From NCBI GenBank assembly GCA_001600815.1, contig BCKZ01000006.1, forward strand, positions 869,048-924,483: DNA of 55,436 nt, written 5' to 3'. The notes beneath the pieces are model-generated. The model did not search any database, had not been told where the DNA came from, and worked only from the letters and a program-made list of their open reading frames with translations. The position numbers were made by a program, and so were the translations under genes. Shown here one piece after another: positions 22,931 through 35,157 of this stretch; the first letter of the stretch is position 1; the number at the start of each line of letters is the position of its first letter. Origin of the DNA: Alloascoidea hylecoeti. Its lineage: Eukaryota.

Positions 22931-24010
22931 AATGTTAAGTAAAATTTATATTTACATTCTTTAGTTTTCAATTGTTCATTGTGGTGAGATTTTTGGTTGG
23001 GTGGTTCAGAAGGTGTGTCCAAACTAAATTGAAGTCGCCCTATAGATTCCAAGAAGCTTCCAATTAAGAATCCTATGACTAATTATTGGTAGTTTTCCTT
23101 TTTAAATTCAAAATAAAAACTATGGTGCATCGCATTTGGGCATTTGCTAATATAAAACACTAAAATATTATGAATCACCAACAACATGGTCAATTGTAGT
23201 GTTACTTGAATACAAGTATTCTCAATTACATGGAAAAGATGAATCAACACATAACAATCGATAGCTGGTTATATTAATTAGATAGAATTATATAAGGGTT
23301 GTATTTTTATTGGTTTAAATAATGCAGTTAACCCAAAAATAAGTGTTTACTAAAACAACAAAAGAAAAAATCCACTTGAATTCACTAGATATTTTGTATA
23401 GATAAATTACTTATCCCTAATACATTCTACTAACATAATGTATCCATTCTTCTATTAACGTTTTCAGTTCAAAGTTGGAGAGTTTCCTGTTCTTTTTTAC
23501 CATATTTTCCATCGGCATTATTGTTATTTAACTAAATTTATTACTTAATTAGACATTTTATACGTTGTCCCACAATTATGAGTTTGACGCTTTAAATTGC
23601 GATGAAAAAAGTAACTTGAGCTTACTAATTTAAAGCTTACTATATGGTAGATAAAAATTCTTTTTTATTTTATTGCAAGTTTAAAATAGTAATAAATAAA
23701 ATTTTAAGAGTACTAACTATATATTTATTTTACTTTTAACAACTTTTCAATTACAAATTCGAATTGTACCTTTCTAATCAAACATGAAGGCTTAAATTTA
23801 TATATTTAACTCAATTACGCTTTTTATAATTTAGTTATTATGTGGGTATTTATTCAGAATTAATTGTACACATTGTCCTAAAATAGATAAAAGAGATTTG
23901 ATATCATATTTTATAGGATTAAGATCGTTTACAACTTTTCTTTCATCATAAATTCTATTAAAACTATCTTTATACTAAACACGTTAGTACCCAATATGTC
24001 TAAACAGCTA

Positions 24011-24200
24011 AACTTGATTCGTAAACCAGTTGTAAATATATTGAGACACTATTGTATTATATTGTAATAAGAAGAATTAGACCAGATGTATTAAAGAAAT
24101 TTATATCTTATTTATCTCAACTACTGAACTTGATTCGTAGAGCAGCTATAAATAAATGGTGATATACTTGTATTATGTTGTATATTGGATAAGAAGTTAA
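24011..24200. repeat. Degenerate direct duplication, period about 116 bp
   Basis: AACTTGATTCGTA...TTGTATTAT(A/G)TTGTA...TAAGAAG starts at both 24011 and 24127. Confidence 0.65.
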
Positions 24201-25047
24201 TTGAATGGTTATCTTTAGAAAGAGGCGAACATAAGCTATTTAAATGAGTAAAATGAGGTTTAAACTTTAAAACACGCTGACAATAAACAAGTCATAAATA
24301 TAGTTTCGTACTAATGAGTTATACATATAAACCTAAAAGGCCGATAGGTAAGTATGTTGTTACTAAAACGAAATACACAATTGACCGTAGAAAACTCAAT
24401 GGGGGGAATTTTTAATTATCTACTATATCTGATATTAATACATTAAATTTTGGGGCACTTTAACTTATAATTATCATCAATGTTTCAATGGATATATTTA
24501 CATATATAACAGCTGAAATTGAGGCCAAAACGTTTGAGAATAAGTTAATATTATATTATATATTGTAAATTTCACTGTGGTGATTTCCCTTAGCATTCTA
24601 CAACTAGTATTAAAAATTATGATCTCTATAATAGACATTAACGTTAATATCAATACATGTACAATCAGAAAAAGTTTATAACTAGATCTAGTACAACTAC
24701 TATTAGTAAATATAAATAAATCTATAAGTTCATCATAAATTTCTGATGAATAGTATCAGCAAGTGATTTGATTTGTGTATTAACCGGATCCACTGTTGAT
24801 GTCCTGAGTTCGATCAGTAATTATTAAAGCTTATACTGAAAGATGAAGTTAAAGACCAGAAATATCTGTTGATTATAATTCGAATTACTATGTTAACAAA
24901 ACAGGAATGTGATAATCTGTAAAACAAAAACAATCTACATACTATGGACAACTATAAACTTTATTAACATAAAACTCTCCTTATAAATCAAATCAAATCC
25001 TATCTAGTTTAATCTTAATCTTATAGTAAAATAAGTTTAATTAAACA

Positions 25048-25340
25048 TGTTATTAAATCTGTCGTATGATGATGAAGCAAGAAGGTTCCATACTATGAAT
25101 TTCTGGTGTGTCGTCTGCTGAGTGTTTACTCACTGTACTCACTATTCACTCCTCAGTCTAGCAGTGCATTCATGTACATCATTTTTAACAAGCGTTTTCG
25201 TAAACTTTATTTTCCTTTTGACAGCTGCAAGCCTGCAACCTTAAACCTGCTTAGTCATAGGAAAAATCGAAGAATAAATAAATATAAATACAACTCAATA
25301 TTATTGTATCTTCGCGAAGAGGAACGCATGTATGTTAACA
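25048..25340 (+). mobile_element. Candidate old solo LTR
   Basis: About 293 bp bounded by TGTTA...TAACA, GC-richer than its flanks, AATAAA near the 3' end; no TSD found. Confidence 0.25.
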
Positions 25341-25544
25341 TATATAATTTCAAGCTTATTTACAATTGCTGTTAAACGATATGTTAATATTTATCTACTA
25401 ATAATATAAATTTTCATTCCGCAAACATGCATATGTTTAATTTACGTATACCTGAGATTGTTTCTTTGATTTTAATTTTACTTGAAGTACTTATGCCGTG
25501 TATATATTTCGACTCTAAGAACTCATCGCACTCTATATCTCCTG

Positions 25545-25690
25545 TAGCTTGGTTACCGGATGATCCAGTGGAATGGAAATCCCGAATCATAAATGAAAGC
25601 CATGGCCATATCACCGCCATCCACCTGCAGACATATTATCCAGATGGCTGGACTGTGCGGCAACACAAGGGCATATTAAACTTAAGGTCC
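25545..25690 (+). pseudogene. Possible retrotransposon integrase zinc-binding (HHCC) domain relic
   Basis: LPDDPVEWKSRIINESHGHITAIHLQTYY resembles the gypsy integrase pattern P.D.E.R.RII.E.HD...AGH...TY. Confidence 0.3.
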
Positions 25691-28600
25691 AGGTTTCAGG
25701 TTACCGTAACTTTGTTAGACTAGTAAGTATAGACGATGCTACCTAAACTATAGATCTTAAATTCTAAATCCTGTTGCTTTATTTGATATAGTACAACATA
25801 CATATAGTATAAAATTGCTATACGAGATTGCAGACTATATAAAGAGTAGATATTCCCTTTTAATAAAACTTATCGGCTATCAGCCAATAGCTATTCAACT
25901 ACAAAAATGGTGTCGAGAGATATTTTTGAAATTGGATATTTTGTGTTTAGTATTAGTAGTTTGTTATAATAAAAGTTATTACAACAATCCTGACCTATAA
26001 AATGAAGGCAGACCCCTTATACGGGTAGTTAAAGAAACGTCCGTTACCAACGGACACCTTTTTCTACCGTCGTATCCAATTAACAATACTATGATTAATA
26101 TAATATAATTAATATAGAATATAATTAATATTGCCACCAAACCTGAATACTCTGTATATGGCACTTGGCAAATCATCATACACGATACAACTAATAAAAT
26201 TTTATAACAATGGACCAAAGAAACTAGGTTGAAGAGTAGGCCTAGGTGGAAACTTGAAATTGAAGTCATAATCACTATACGTATGCATATTTAATCTCAT
26301 GCAAACTGGATACAAAGAAGTTGAAAGAACTGGTAATAAATTACTAATAATCATATTAATTATATATTATTTCAACTTATTAGATTGATAAAAGTTAATC
26401 CTTGTAATTGGTATATTATTTGAATTTTACGTTATCGTTATGATTGTAATTGGTATTGTTTATGATATTGATTGTTCGTTTGCGTACGTTGCGCCCGTAC
26501 ACGTGGCTGTGTGTAAGTATCAGCTAAAACATGTTAACTGTTTGATTGTTGAGGTTCGGTACGAAGTTGGTATAGGGCTCTTTGTTAGTTAGTTCTAGTT
26601 TTATTTATAAGGCTTATATTAATTGGCTAGACATAAGTTACATGCCTTATTGATGTCAATTACAAACTATACCTGTGCTCCACAAGCGCTTTCAACCATT
26701 TAATATAAACTTTATAAATCACTTATAAAGACAGAGAAAGAGAAAATTAAGCATACGAAGTTATGAACACATAGAACACATAGAACACAATCACAATTAT
26801 AAACATATTTACCCAAGTGCCGGTCTTGAACAAAAATATAACATTATATACTGTATTTAGGCTATAATCTAGATGATTAAGTCCAGCAAGCATAAGGGAA
26901 ATGCGGTGTGTACGAGCAAATTAAAGAAAAAAGAGGTAACTATATAACTAGCTTACAGATAATTTACAATTATAATTATTATATCGGTTTAAAAGCCCAT
27001 AGGGTTCAGATACTCAACCGCTATCGCAGTTATCGGTCTGATCATGAGAAATCATAATTATAACATTAATTAGTAACAGTTATTACGACAAAAAGCGATC
27101 GCGAGTTGCCATAATATATACCAATGCATATAATAAATATTGAGATATTGAGAAGAGAGGATTCTATATATGTGAAATTGTTATAATTTTACAGAGGGTA
27201 ATGGAGAGAAAAGAGTGTGTACCACTGTGCAGGCTCGCATGTTGGTTTTATTTTTCTATAGGCCTAGCTATAGAGTGACGTTAACAATAAAATATATATA
27301 GTAATTAACACAATTCAATACAAATTCACAGCAAAGTGTACGTTCACAACATCCTCCTGAGTCCAAACACAAACATTCTTGAATACTCTCTTACAAAATC
27401 AAATATTCCTTAATTGTTCTGCTAACGGAATGTTTGAAAATTCATTAATAAACCATTTAAAAGATGGTAGGCTTAAGCCCGGGAGGGATTAAGTTGTATT
27501 TTCGGACAGATCTATAGCTAGATAAAACCGATCATTGTGGCAGGAAAAATATGCGACGTTTAATTAATAAATATTGTGTGATTTAGAAGGTGCGCATAAC
27601 TTTTTTAATCAGCCTCGGAATTGAAAACTTAATAAAAAAGCTCAACTGTTATTGTAGGCTTAGTAAATATAAATCATAAGCCTAAGAAAGAATTAGATCT
27701 ATATAGTGATATCAGTTGTTCTTATAATTAGCTTTCGATTGATTTTAAATTTCGTTCGATTTTAATTTTTCTCTTTACTCTTGCTTTTAAAAGAGTGATT
27801 GAAATCAATGGATTATTATTAAGTTATATCAGCACTTGAAAATAGAATTGTCAAATCAAACTATAAAGCATGGTGATACTGATATACTCCTGTGTATCAT
27901 AATTATTATAATTTCTCTAAGCCTTGGGTAATAATAGGAAATGTGTTAAACCTGGGTAAGTATAGTATTTGGCAGTATCTTATACCCTATATACTAGATC
28001 AACACAAATCTAAAACTGTTTATCCCTAACTCGCGAGTCAGTGGTGGCTAAGCTAAGCCTTAGGTAGGGAGAATCAAAACAAATTAGCCTCAGGTAGATA
28101 CTGCAAGATTAATCAAGATATCTTAGCTATTGATTATGATAGTTCATGGGATACTGCAAATATATATATTATGAATTGAATATCAATCCTGTCTCAAAGT
28201 GCATCGAACATCTGCAAGCGATGAATACGGGCGCGTTTATACATAATTATCAATATTGAACATTCTGAATTTCTGAATATTAGATACCAGATAGTAGATA
28301 TACAAAACAAGAGTAATAAAATTTCAAAGGATGTAAGCACTGGTCAGAGAACAATATATCTCCATTTCGACAGCGGGGTTTTTCGGCAATGAAAAGGTAT
28401 GAAAATCCAAAGTTTAAAGAGTATGTAACCAAGAAGTTTTCCCCTTCAGAATCCGATATGAAAAAATGTTGACGCAATATTAATACGTTCTACATGATTA
28501 TATCAATATTAATTTATATGTCAGATTCTAATATTAATTAATATATATATATATATATATATGTATAAGCTTATACATTCCCAGTTCATACCTTATAAAT

Positions 28601-29975
28601 AAGCTAAATAGCGCGCTATAGGCATAATTGTAGGCGATTCTTTTGATCTTCACTATAATTTGTGTAATTCAATCATTTCAATGTCGTTGTATTCTTACAA
28701 TACACAGTATTAATAGAGACGATATGACCCATATATATAACTATTCCTTGATACAACAAAATTTTTGAGCTCAATTGCAATATTGAGAGAGATTATATAA
28801 ACAGTCGAACAGTGAAATTGTACTGTTTATATAGCATTTGAAATAATTATTCTTATTAATTATTAAATAGGGTTCACGCAGTTGTAGATTAATCTAGGTT
28901 GTATACGCACATATGCTTTCCAATCTACTTTGTAGATTTCAATTTTTGAGATTGTCTAACATTTTCAATTATATGCTGATATGAGATCTTTTTTAGACTT
29001 CTGAAGGGGTGATGATTCTGGCAGTAGTGTATTAACCTTAACTCTAAGTTGTTCTTCATTGCTGTATGCAATAATAAATATTTTCATATTACATAGAGTA
29101 AACACATGGGGACAATTATTCAACTCAATTAATATAATTTTATATTATAATAACTATGTTTTGAAGCAAAAGTCTGCCTTCAACGAATAATATGAGTAAT
29201 TTTAGAAACAAATGTTGTAATTGTCAGGTCATCAGCATTAGCCGGAATTATAATTATAATTTAACAATTTAAGCTTTTCCCAAATCATCGATATTATGGA
29301 GTAGGGCTTAAGGTTACAAAATTTGGAAAAATGGAAATGCCAAACTTTTGGAGTAGTTTGGTAAGATAAAAAGGAAAAATATGAAAAGAGAATCATGGAT
29401 TGTGTAAGACCTTGCAAATACAATTAGTGCCTGTAATTAGTAGTAAAGAGTAGAGATACTCAAGGATGAGGGGTAGTGAAGATATCGATATATAACATTT
29501 ATGAAAAGTTTTACTGTAAATTTTTACTAGTCTTATATTTTAAGCCGCCGAATAGCATAAACCGGAACCGTCCAGCAAAAGCAAGCATACAATCGTCCCC
29601 GTGCGAACATCAAAGGAGATCTAGAGTTCGTGAGATGAGTTGTGAGATGAGTCCTGAGATGAGGGAAATGCTATGAGGATAAGACTGTAAAATAAGGGTT
29701 GCCTGAGCAGAAACCTCATGATCAAGTAAGTTATCAGCTGTAGTGAAAAAGCAATGAAAACGCTCAGAGGGAGGCATAATGTTTGTGGAGTTGGGATTAA
29801 CATTTGACGGTTTCCGGGGCATTAGACCTTGGGCTTTTGTTTAAAAATAGAATTTCTCCCTATTTAGTCAAAAGTTGCAGCACTACTTTTTCTGCTTTTT
29901 TCCTGCCTTCTCTCTGCTTTAGCACTCTTTACTACTCCATTCTCTCGCTTATCGTCCGCTGGTTCAGGTAGTAGG

Positions 29976-32900
29976 ATGCCATTAAAACTGTTCTCCCGCA
30001 AAAAGAACCAACAGAACCAGGCCAACGGCCGCCTGGACATGGTCCAACCCCCTTCCGCCGGAAGGAGATTCTTCAAGTCTGGTCACAAACATAATCAGTC
30101 CTGGTCCGAACCTTCGATGCCCACAACTCTGACCTTGCCGGATGCCAAAATGGACGCCAGCTCAAAACGGTCCTCTTTTCTCATCAGATCCAGAAACCGT
30201 CACTCAGATCTTGGGCTGTCAGGTGCTGCAACCAGCCATCCCTATGCTTTTGGAAACAGTTCATCGACAATCGCTTCTTCTGTCAATCCGACCGAAACAA
30301 ACGATTACCCGTTCAACAAGGAGGTTGACGAGGATTGTCTGAGGCCTGCAAAGGAAAGACTTCAGTCCCTTTTTGACCCCAATGGAGCCGAAGGTGCCTC
30401 TGAATATGAACGTTCCAGTGTCATTCGTCATCCTCATAACCGGAACACCTTTCAAAGAGCTTCTAGTTCCACTCCTGCCTTAAATACTGAACTCAATGAT
30501 TCTGAAGGCAATCTCTTTTGGCCCGACTCAGAAGACGACGATGACGACGATAACGGAAGTATAATGCCTTCTCCTGTTTTGCCGAATGGTGAGTTCTCCA
30601 AAATGTCTCAGCCTAATTCAGTTAGATCTGTCCAACCCCCACCAAACGAGAGGTTTCTTAACACCAATAACAACCGTTCAAACACTCAAATTGCAAAATC
30701 TCACGATTCCAATACACTTCCTGTTGCTGCAGTTTCGGATGCATCATTCGTTTTTGAAACCAAACCACCGATTACTACGCTTGCACCATTACCTGCACAC
30801 ACGGCTGCCCCAGCCAAATCCTGCTTGAAATCATCAAGAGGTGAGATGGTTGGATCTGGGCTTGTTGGCATCGCAGAAGCAATATCTGAATCATCTACTA
30901 GTAATCCTAGTCCTACAATTAATAATTTTGAACAACCATTTATCCAGCAACAAGGAATTTTACATCCGCGCCAATCACCGCCCTCACAACCCAATATGCA
31001 AGCAAAGGGACATTCTCCAGCTCCTTCAACTACTTTGGATGATTTTGCAGATCCCTTTTATTCTTTGATTTCAAGATTGTCTTCTGATGAAATTGAACTT
31101 CCTACTAATGTTCATGATCAACGACAAATGCCTACCGATTCTACACACAATATTGAAAATGTTGATGACAAAGTAATATCTGTTGTTGAGTCAATTTCAT
31201 CATCTGGGTCTACCTCATCGAGAGATTCAGATTCAGATTCGAATTCAGGAAGTGATTCTGAGAATCCAAATATTAAAAATAACACTACTCGTTATCATCC
31301 CGACCCCCAATCAAATTCACAAGATGAGCACGATCATTCACTTGATACTGTTCCTGCCCTGATTTCACCTCAGGACTCAACTCCTTACTCTTCTGGTTCA
31401 GGTCTTGGTCCCGAGTCAGCTAGTTCTGCATCAAACAGTTCAGTTTCACCGCCAGATGAACATATTAAGCCACAATTGGCTCCAATTTCCATAACAGATG
31501 CTTATAATTCTTCAAGTGAAGGACCTGTGGCAAACTCCCCACTTGCCTTTGATTTTGATATTGATCATGATAAAGATTATGAACCAAAACCTATACAACC
31601 TAATTATCCTCGTCGAAAGCCTAGACAATTTGTTAAACATCAAAACCCTGGTAACGTTTATACTAGACAATCAAGTGTTAATGGTCCAAAAACTATTTCT
31701 ACTATTGATATTATGAAGTCTCGAAGAGCTGGTATTTATAATAATGCTTCATATATGTCAAATGAACCTGTTTTTGAACCTTCTGGTCAAGCAGAAAATC
31801 CAATGTCACCATCCGTTACATCTCAAGATGATATTGAAACAATTTCTTCTCGTTCAGTTGAACTTGATCCATTGGCTGAAGATGCAGATGCTGAAGATTT
31901 GAAAAAGGACCGTGAAGAAGCAATTGTTTTACGTCGTAGACAACAACAACACTTAGCTTCTTATCGTCAAAGTATGATTAAAATAACAGGAAGTTCAAAT
32001 ACTGGTGAATATTCGAGAACTCTTGAAAGTTTTGAAAATCACGAAGACGAATCTGATAATGTTCCATTAGCAATTATACAAGAACAACAGCAAAAGAGGT
32101 ATTCTGTAGCTTCAAAACTTGACATGCTTAATGATAATCGTTTGCCATTGAATAAACAGAAGAGGAACTCCATCTCAGCTGGTTCAAAATTAAATACATT
32201 TTCAGATGCTTATGATCCAAAAAGAAGTTCATATTTAAATATTGATAATAGTATGAAGAATGCAAATAAAAGGTCATCTCTTGGTTCTAAATTGGATTTG
32301 TATGCTCCACCACAAGCACAATATGATTCAAGATCTCCAAAACGACAATCCCCTCATTCTCGTGAGCAATCTGTTGAATATGATTATAATAATAATTTAT
32401 CAAGTGGTAAGCGAACACCTGCTCCTAGAATGGGTACAAGTCCAGTGAATGTTGATGGGTCTAACGGTGATGCTGCAGAGTCCGGTAGAGGGTTAATGGG
32501 TATTATTGTAAAGGAACAAGATGAAAAGACAAAGGTAAGAAATTCAATTTACAGAGTAGCTGTCAGAAAGAGTGGTGGTGGTGTCCCAGCCTCTGAACCA
32601 GTTCCTTCAAATTACAACAACAATAATAATAATGCAAGACATGATTCGTTTAATGCTTTAAACTCGAATACTGGTTCAGGAAATCATACTAGAAGCGATT
32701 CATTTAATGCTTTAAACGCAAGCACTGGCTCAGGAAATCATACTAGAAGCGATTCATTTAATGCTTTAAACGCAAGCACTGGCTCAGGAAATCATACTGG
32801 AAGCGATTCATTTAATGCTTTAAACGCAAGTACCGGCTCAGGTGGATCTGGAAGTTCTGGATCAGGTAATGAAAATGGAGGATCTAACCAAATGCAGAAT

Positions 32901-33842
32901 TTGATACAAATGCAAATGCAATTACAAATGCTTCAAATTCAACAACTCACCAATAATCAAATTCAAAATGCTCTTCAATCTCAGCAGTCCATGGCAAGTA
33001 TGCCACAGATGAATGGAATGCCATCCACTCTTTCAATGTCAATGCCTGCTCAAAATATGCCTGCTCCACAACCATCTACGATTCCTATGAATTCCATGAC
33101 CCCAATTCCAATGGTCCAGACTCCAATGACCCCAATTCCAATGACTCAGACTCCCATGACCCCAATTCCAATGATTTCACAGCCAGCTCCCATGTCTTAT
33201 CAATTACAACCAACATCTGGACAGATGATGGTACCTAATCCAAACTCAGCCCCTCAAGTTGTCCAAGTTGCCCAAGCTGCTCAACCTCAACCTGTTCAAC
33301 CTTCATATCCTATGGCTATGAGTGGTTATTCTTCAAATTCTTATCAACAACCACAAGGATATACACCATCGATAGCACCTTCTGAGCGCTCTGTTGTTTC
33401 ACATGCTTCCAAAAGATATAGTAGGCAACAAATGCATTATAATCAACCTCCAGCACAACAATATGGACTTAACCAACAACATTCATTTTATTTAAATACA
33501 GGCCATCAATATGGGTCACAACAACATCTCCATTCTCAAAGTTCAGGCCGTTTTTCTCCTGCTTCATATCAACATTACGATAGCAGATCTTTATACAGTA
33601 GACAGCAATCTCCTCAAATTACAAGTCCTGTTCCTCAACATCCAAGATCTGAGCATAATATGTCTTTAGTGAAAGAATATAATAGAAGTAGTGTTCAAGG
33701 TCGACCAAGAGGTCAGAGTTTTGCTGCAACTAGTATGAATGGAGTTGCTACCATTAATGAGGATGAAGAGCTAAATAACATTGCTCAGCAAAAGTCTGTG
33801 TTGAAGAAAAAATGGGCGCAAAGAAAGAGCATATTAATATAA
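29976..33842 (+). CDS. Large, mostly disordered Ser/Asn/Gln-rich protein of unknown function
   Basis: 1288-aa ORF; low complexity with short ordered islands (RRRQQQHLASYRQSMIKITG, DESDNVPLAII, GRGLMGIIVKEQDEK). Confidence 0.85.
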   Translation: MPLKLFSRKKNQQNQANGRLDMVQPPSAGRRFFKSGHKHNQSWSEPSMPTTLTLPDAKMDASSKRSSFLIRSRNRHSDLGLSGAATSHPYAFGNSSSTIASSVNPTETNDYPFNKEVDEDCLRPAKERLQSLFDPNGAEGASEYERSSVIRHPHNRNTFQRASSSTPALNTELNDSEGNLFWPDSEDDDDDDNGSIMPSPVLPNGEFSKMSQPNSVRSVQPPPNERFLNTNNNRSNTQIAKSHDSNTLPVAAVSDASFVFETKPPITTLAPLPAHTAAPAKSCLKSSRGEMVGSGLVGIAEAISESSTSNPSPTINNFEQPFIQQQGILHPRQSPPSQPNMQAKGHSPAPSTTLDDFADPFYSLISRLSSDEIELPTNVHDQRQMPTDSTHNIENVDDKVISVVESISSSGSTSSRDSDSDSNSGSDSENPNIKNNTTRYHPDPQSNSQDEHDHSLDTVPALISPQDSTPYSSGSGLGPESASSASNSSVSPPDEHIKPQLAPISITDAYNSSSEGPVANSPLAFDFDIDHDKDYEPKPIQPNYPRRKPRQFVKHQNPGNVYTRQSSVNGPKTISTIDIMKSRRAGIYNNASYMSNEPVFEPSGQAENPMSPSVTSQDDIETISSRSVELDPLAEDADAEDLKKDREEAIVLRRRQQQHLASYRQSMIKITGSSNTGEYSRTLESFENHEDESDNVPLAIIQEQQQKRYSVASKLDMLNDNRLPLNKQKRNSISAGSKLNTFSDAYDPKRSSYLNIDNSMKNANKRSSLGSKLDLYAPPQAQYDSRSPKRQSPHSREQSVEYDYNNNLSSGKRTPAPRMGTSPVNVDGSNGDAAESGRGLMGIIVKEQDEKTKVRNSIYRVAVRKSGGGVPASEPVPSNYNNNNNNARHDSFNALNSNTGSGNHTRSDSFNALNASTGSGNHTRSDSFNALNASTGSGNHTGSDSFNALNASTGSGGSGSSGSGNENGGSNQMQNLIQMQMQLQMLQIQQLTNNQIQNALQSQQSMASMPQMNGMPSTLSMSMPAQNMPAPQPSTIPMNSMTPIPMVQTPMTPIPMTQTPMTPIPMISQPAPMSYQLQPTSGQMMVPNPNSAPQVVQVAQAAQPQPVQPSYPMAMSGYSSNSYQQPQGYTPSIAPSERSVVSHASKRYSRQQMHYNQPPAQQYGLNQQHSFYLNTGHQYGSQQHLHSQSSGRFSPASYQHYDSRSLYSRQQSPQITSPVPQHPRSEHNMSLVKEYNRSSVQGRPRGQSFAATSMNGVATINEDEELNNIAQQKSVLKKKWAQRKSILI
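32637..32843 (+). repeat. Coding minisatellite, 54-bp unit, about 4 copies (RSDSFNALNASTGSGNHT)
   Basis: Units start at 32637, 32691, 32745 and 32799; the two middle copies are near-identical. Confidence 0.95.
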
Positions 33843-34158
33843 ACTTAATGGATTCCTTTATCTATTACTATTATCTATTTAACAATCAATATTGTTATAG
33901 CTATATGAAGAGCATTTTTATATTTAATTTTGAATAACATCAACTACTTTGTTATTTTTCTATATTATCTTTTATATTGTATTAACCTCATTCATTAAAA
34001 CTATCATAACTCATTTCATTAATAAGTAATCTGTTTCTCACGCCACAGGAGCATCATTTGTTCTGTTTTATTGGTCATTCCTTAATTTCATTTGATTTTG
34101 TTATGTCTTTAATTGGCTTAAGTTAGTATTTTTATTTTCATCTTCATTTCTTCATTTC

Positions 34159-34253
34159 TTATTTTTATTTTTATTTTTATTTTTATTTTTATTTTTATTT
34201 TTATTTTTATTTTTATTTTTATTTTTATTTTTATTTTTTTTATTTTTATTTTT
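34159..34253. repeat. (TTTTTA)n microsatellite
   Basis: About 15 tandem TTTTTA units. Confidence 0.95.
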
Positions 34254-35084
34254 GGTATTTGTTCATTATTATTTTCAAAATTGAGGTTAATCCCTAGTTG
34301 CAGATTAATTTCCCAACATTAAACATATAATTGTCTACTTCATTTCGTTTTAGTTTAAAAAAGAAAACACTTTTTACCTTGTCTTTAAATAAATGCAATG
34401 TATTAAACTGAAAAGAAATAGATTATTAATCAATCGAATCACGTATATTATTATTATGAAAAATTATCTAATGTTGCGTTTCTATTTTTCTCTCTTTTAA
34501 TAAAAGAAAGTTATAGGTTCATATATACCCCTATAGCGCTATAGGCCTATGCAATAACAGCTACTTTACTTTATTAAGTATTTTAAGCATTTTTAGTTGA
34601 GATTGGGATCCCTGAGGAAGTAGCTTGTTTGCAATATTCTCATCAAGTAGTTGTGATTTGAATTTGAGAATCATATATCATTTAATTAAAATTAATTTAG
34701 TTTTTAAAATCGCAATTGATTTTCATTTCAATACTACCAACGTTAAGGTGGAATTTGGTCTATGTATACTAATTTGCTGAATACCGTTCATTGTCTTTAT
34801 TTCACAATGATTGAAAATAGGATCCTCTGTTTCTATTCCTGGTTAAGTTGTAAGCAAACTTGCATTTATTAACATTTCAATGAACCATTTAAATATTTTT
34901 TTTTACGATTTAAGTTCCTAGTGACATGAATACCGGTAATGTAATAATAGATAATCTGTGAATAAAATCTTCTGTTCCAGGGGTTTTCTTACAGGTAAAA
35001 GAATTTGTACTATTTCAACGACTCCGTCGTGGAGACCCATGGATTTTTTTCCTTCCTTGTGGTCACAAAAGAACAAAACAAAAA

Positions 35085-35157
35085 TGCCTCAAGTCGGATT
35101 CGAACCAACGATCTTAACATTACTAGTGTTACGCCTTACCAACTTGGCCATCAAGGC
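35085..35157 (-). tRNA. tRNA-Thr (anticodon AGT), intronless
   Basis: GCCTTGATGGCCAAGTTGGTAAGGCGTAACACTAGTAATGTTAAGATCGTTGGTTCGAATCCGACTTGAGGCA folds as a cloverleaf; anticodon stem TAACA/TGTTA; followed by a T-run terminator. Confidence 0.97.

Noticed and set aside
24005..24060. Minus-strand peptide YIYNWFTNQV resembling the homeodomain WFxN motif
   Set aside because: No surrounding helix 1/2 residues or basic tail, a stop follows immediately, and the duplicate copy lacks the motif
24795..24815. TGATGTCCTGAGTTCGATC, tRNA T-arm-like fragment
   Set aside because: No cloverleaf, acceptor stem or A-box; too short to call
25979..26275. 98-aa hydrophobic ORF containing a GTCCGTT-ACC-AACGGAC hairpin
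   Set aside because: Non-ATG start, hydrophobicity explained by AT-rich sequence, no family motif
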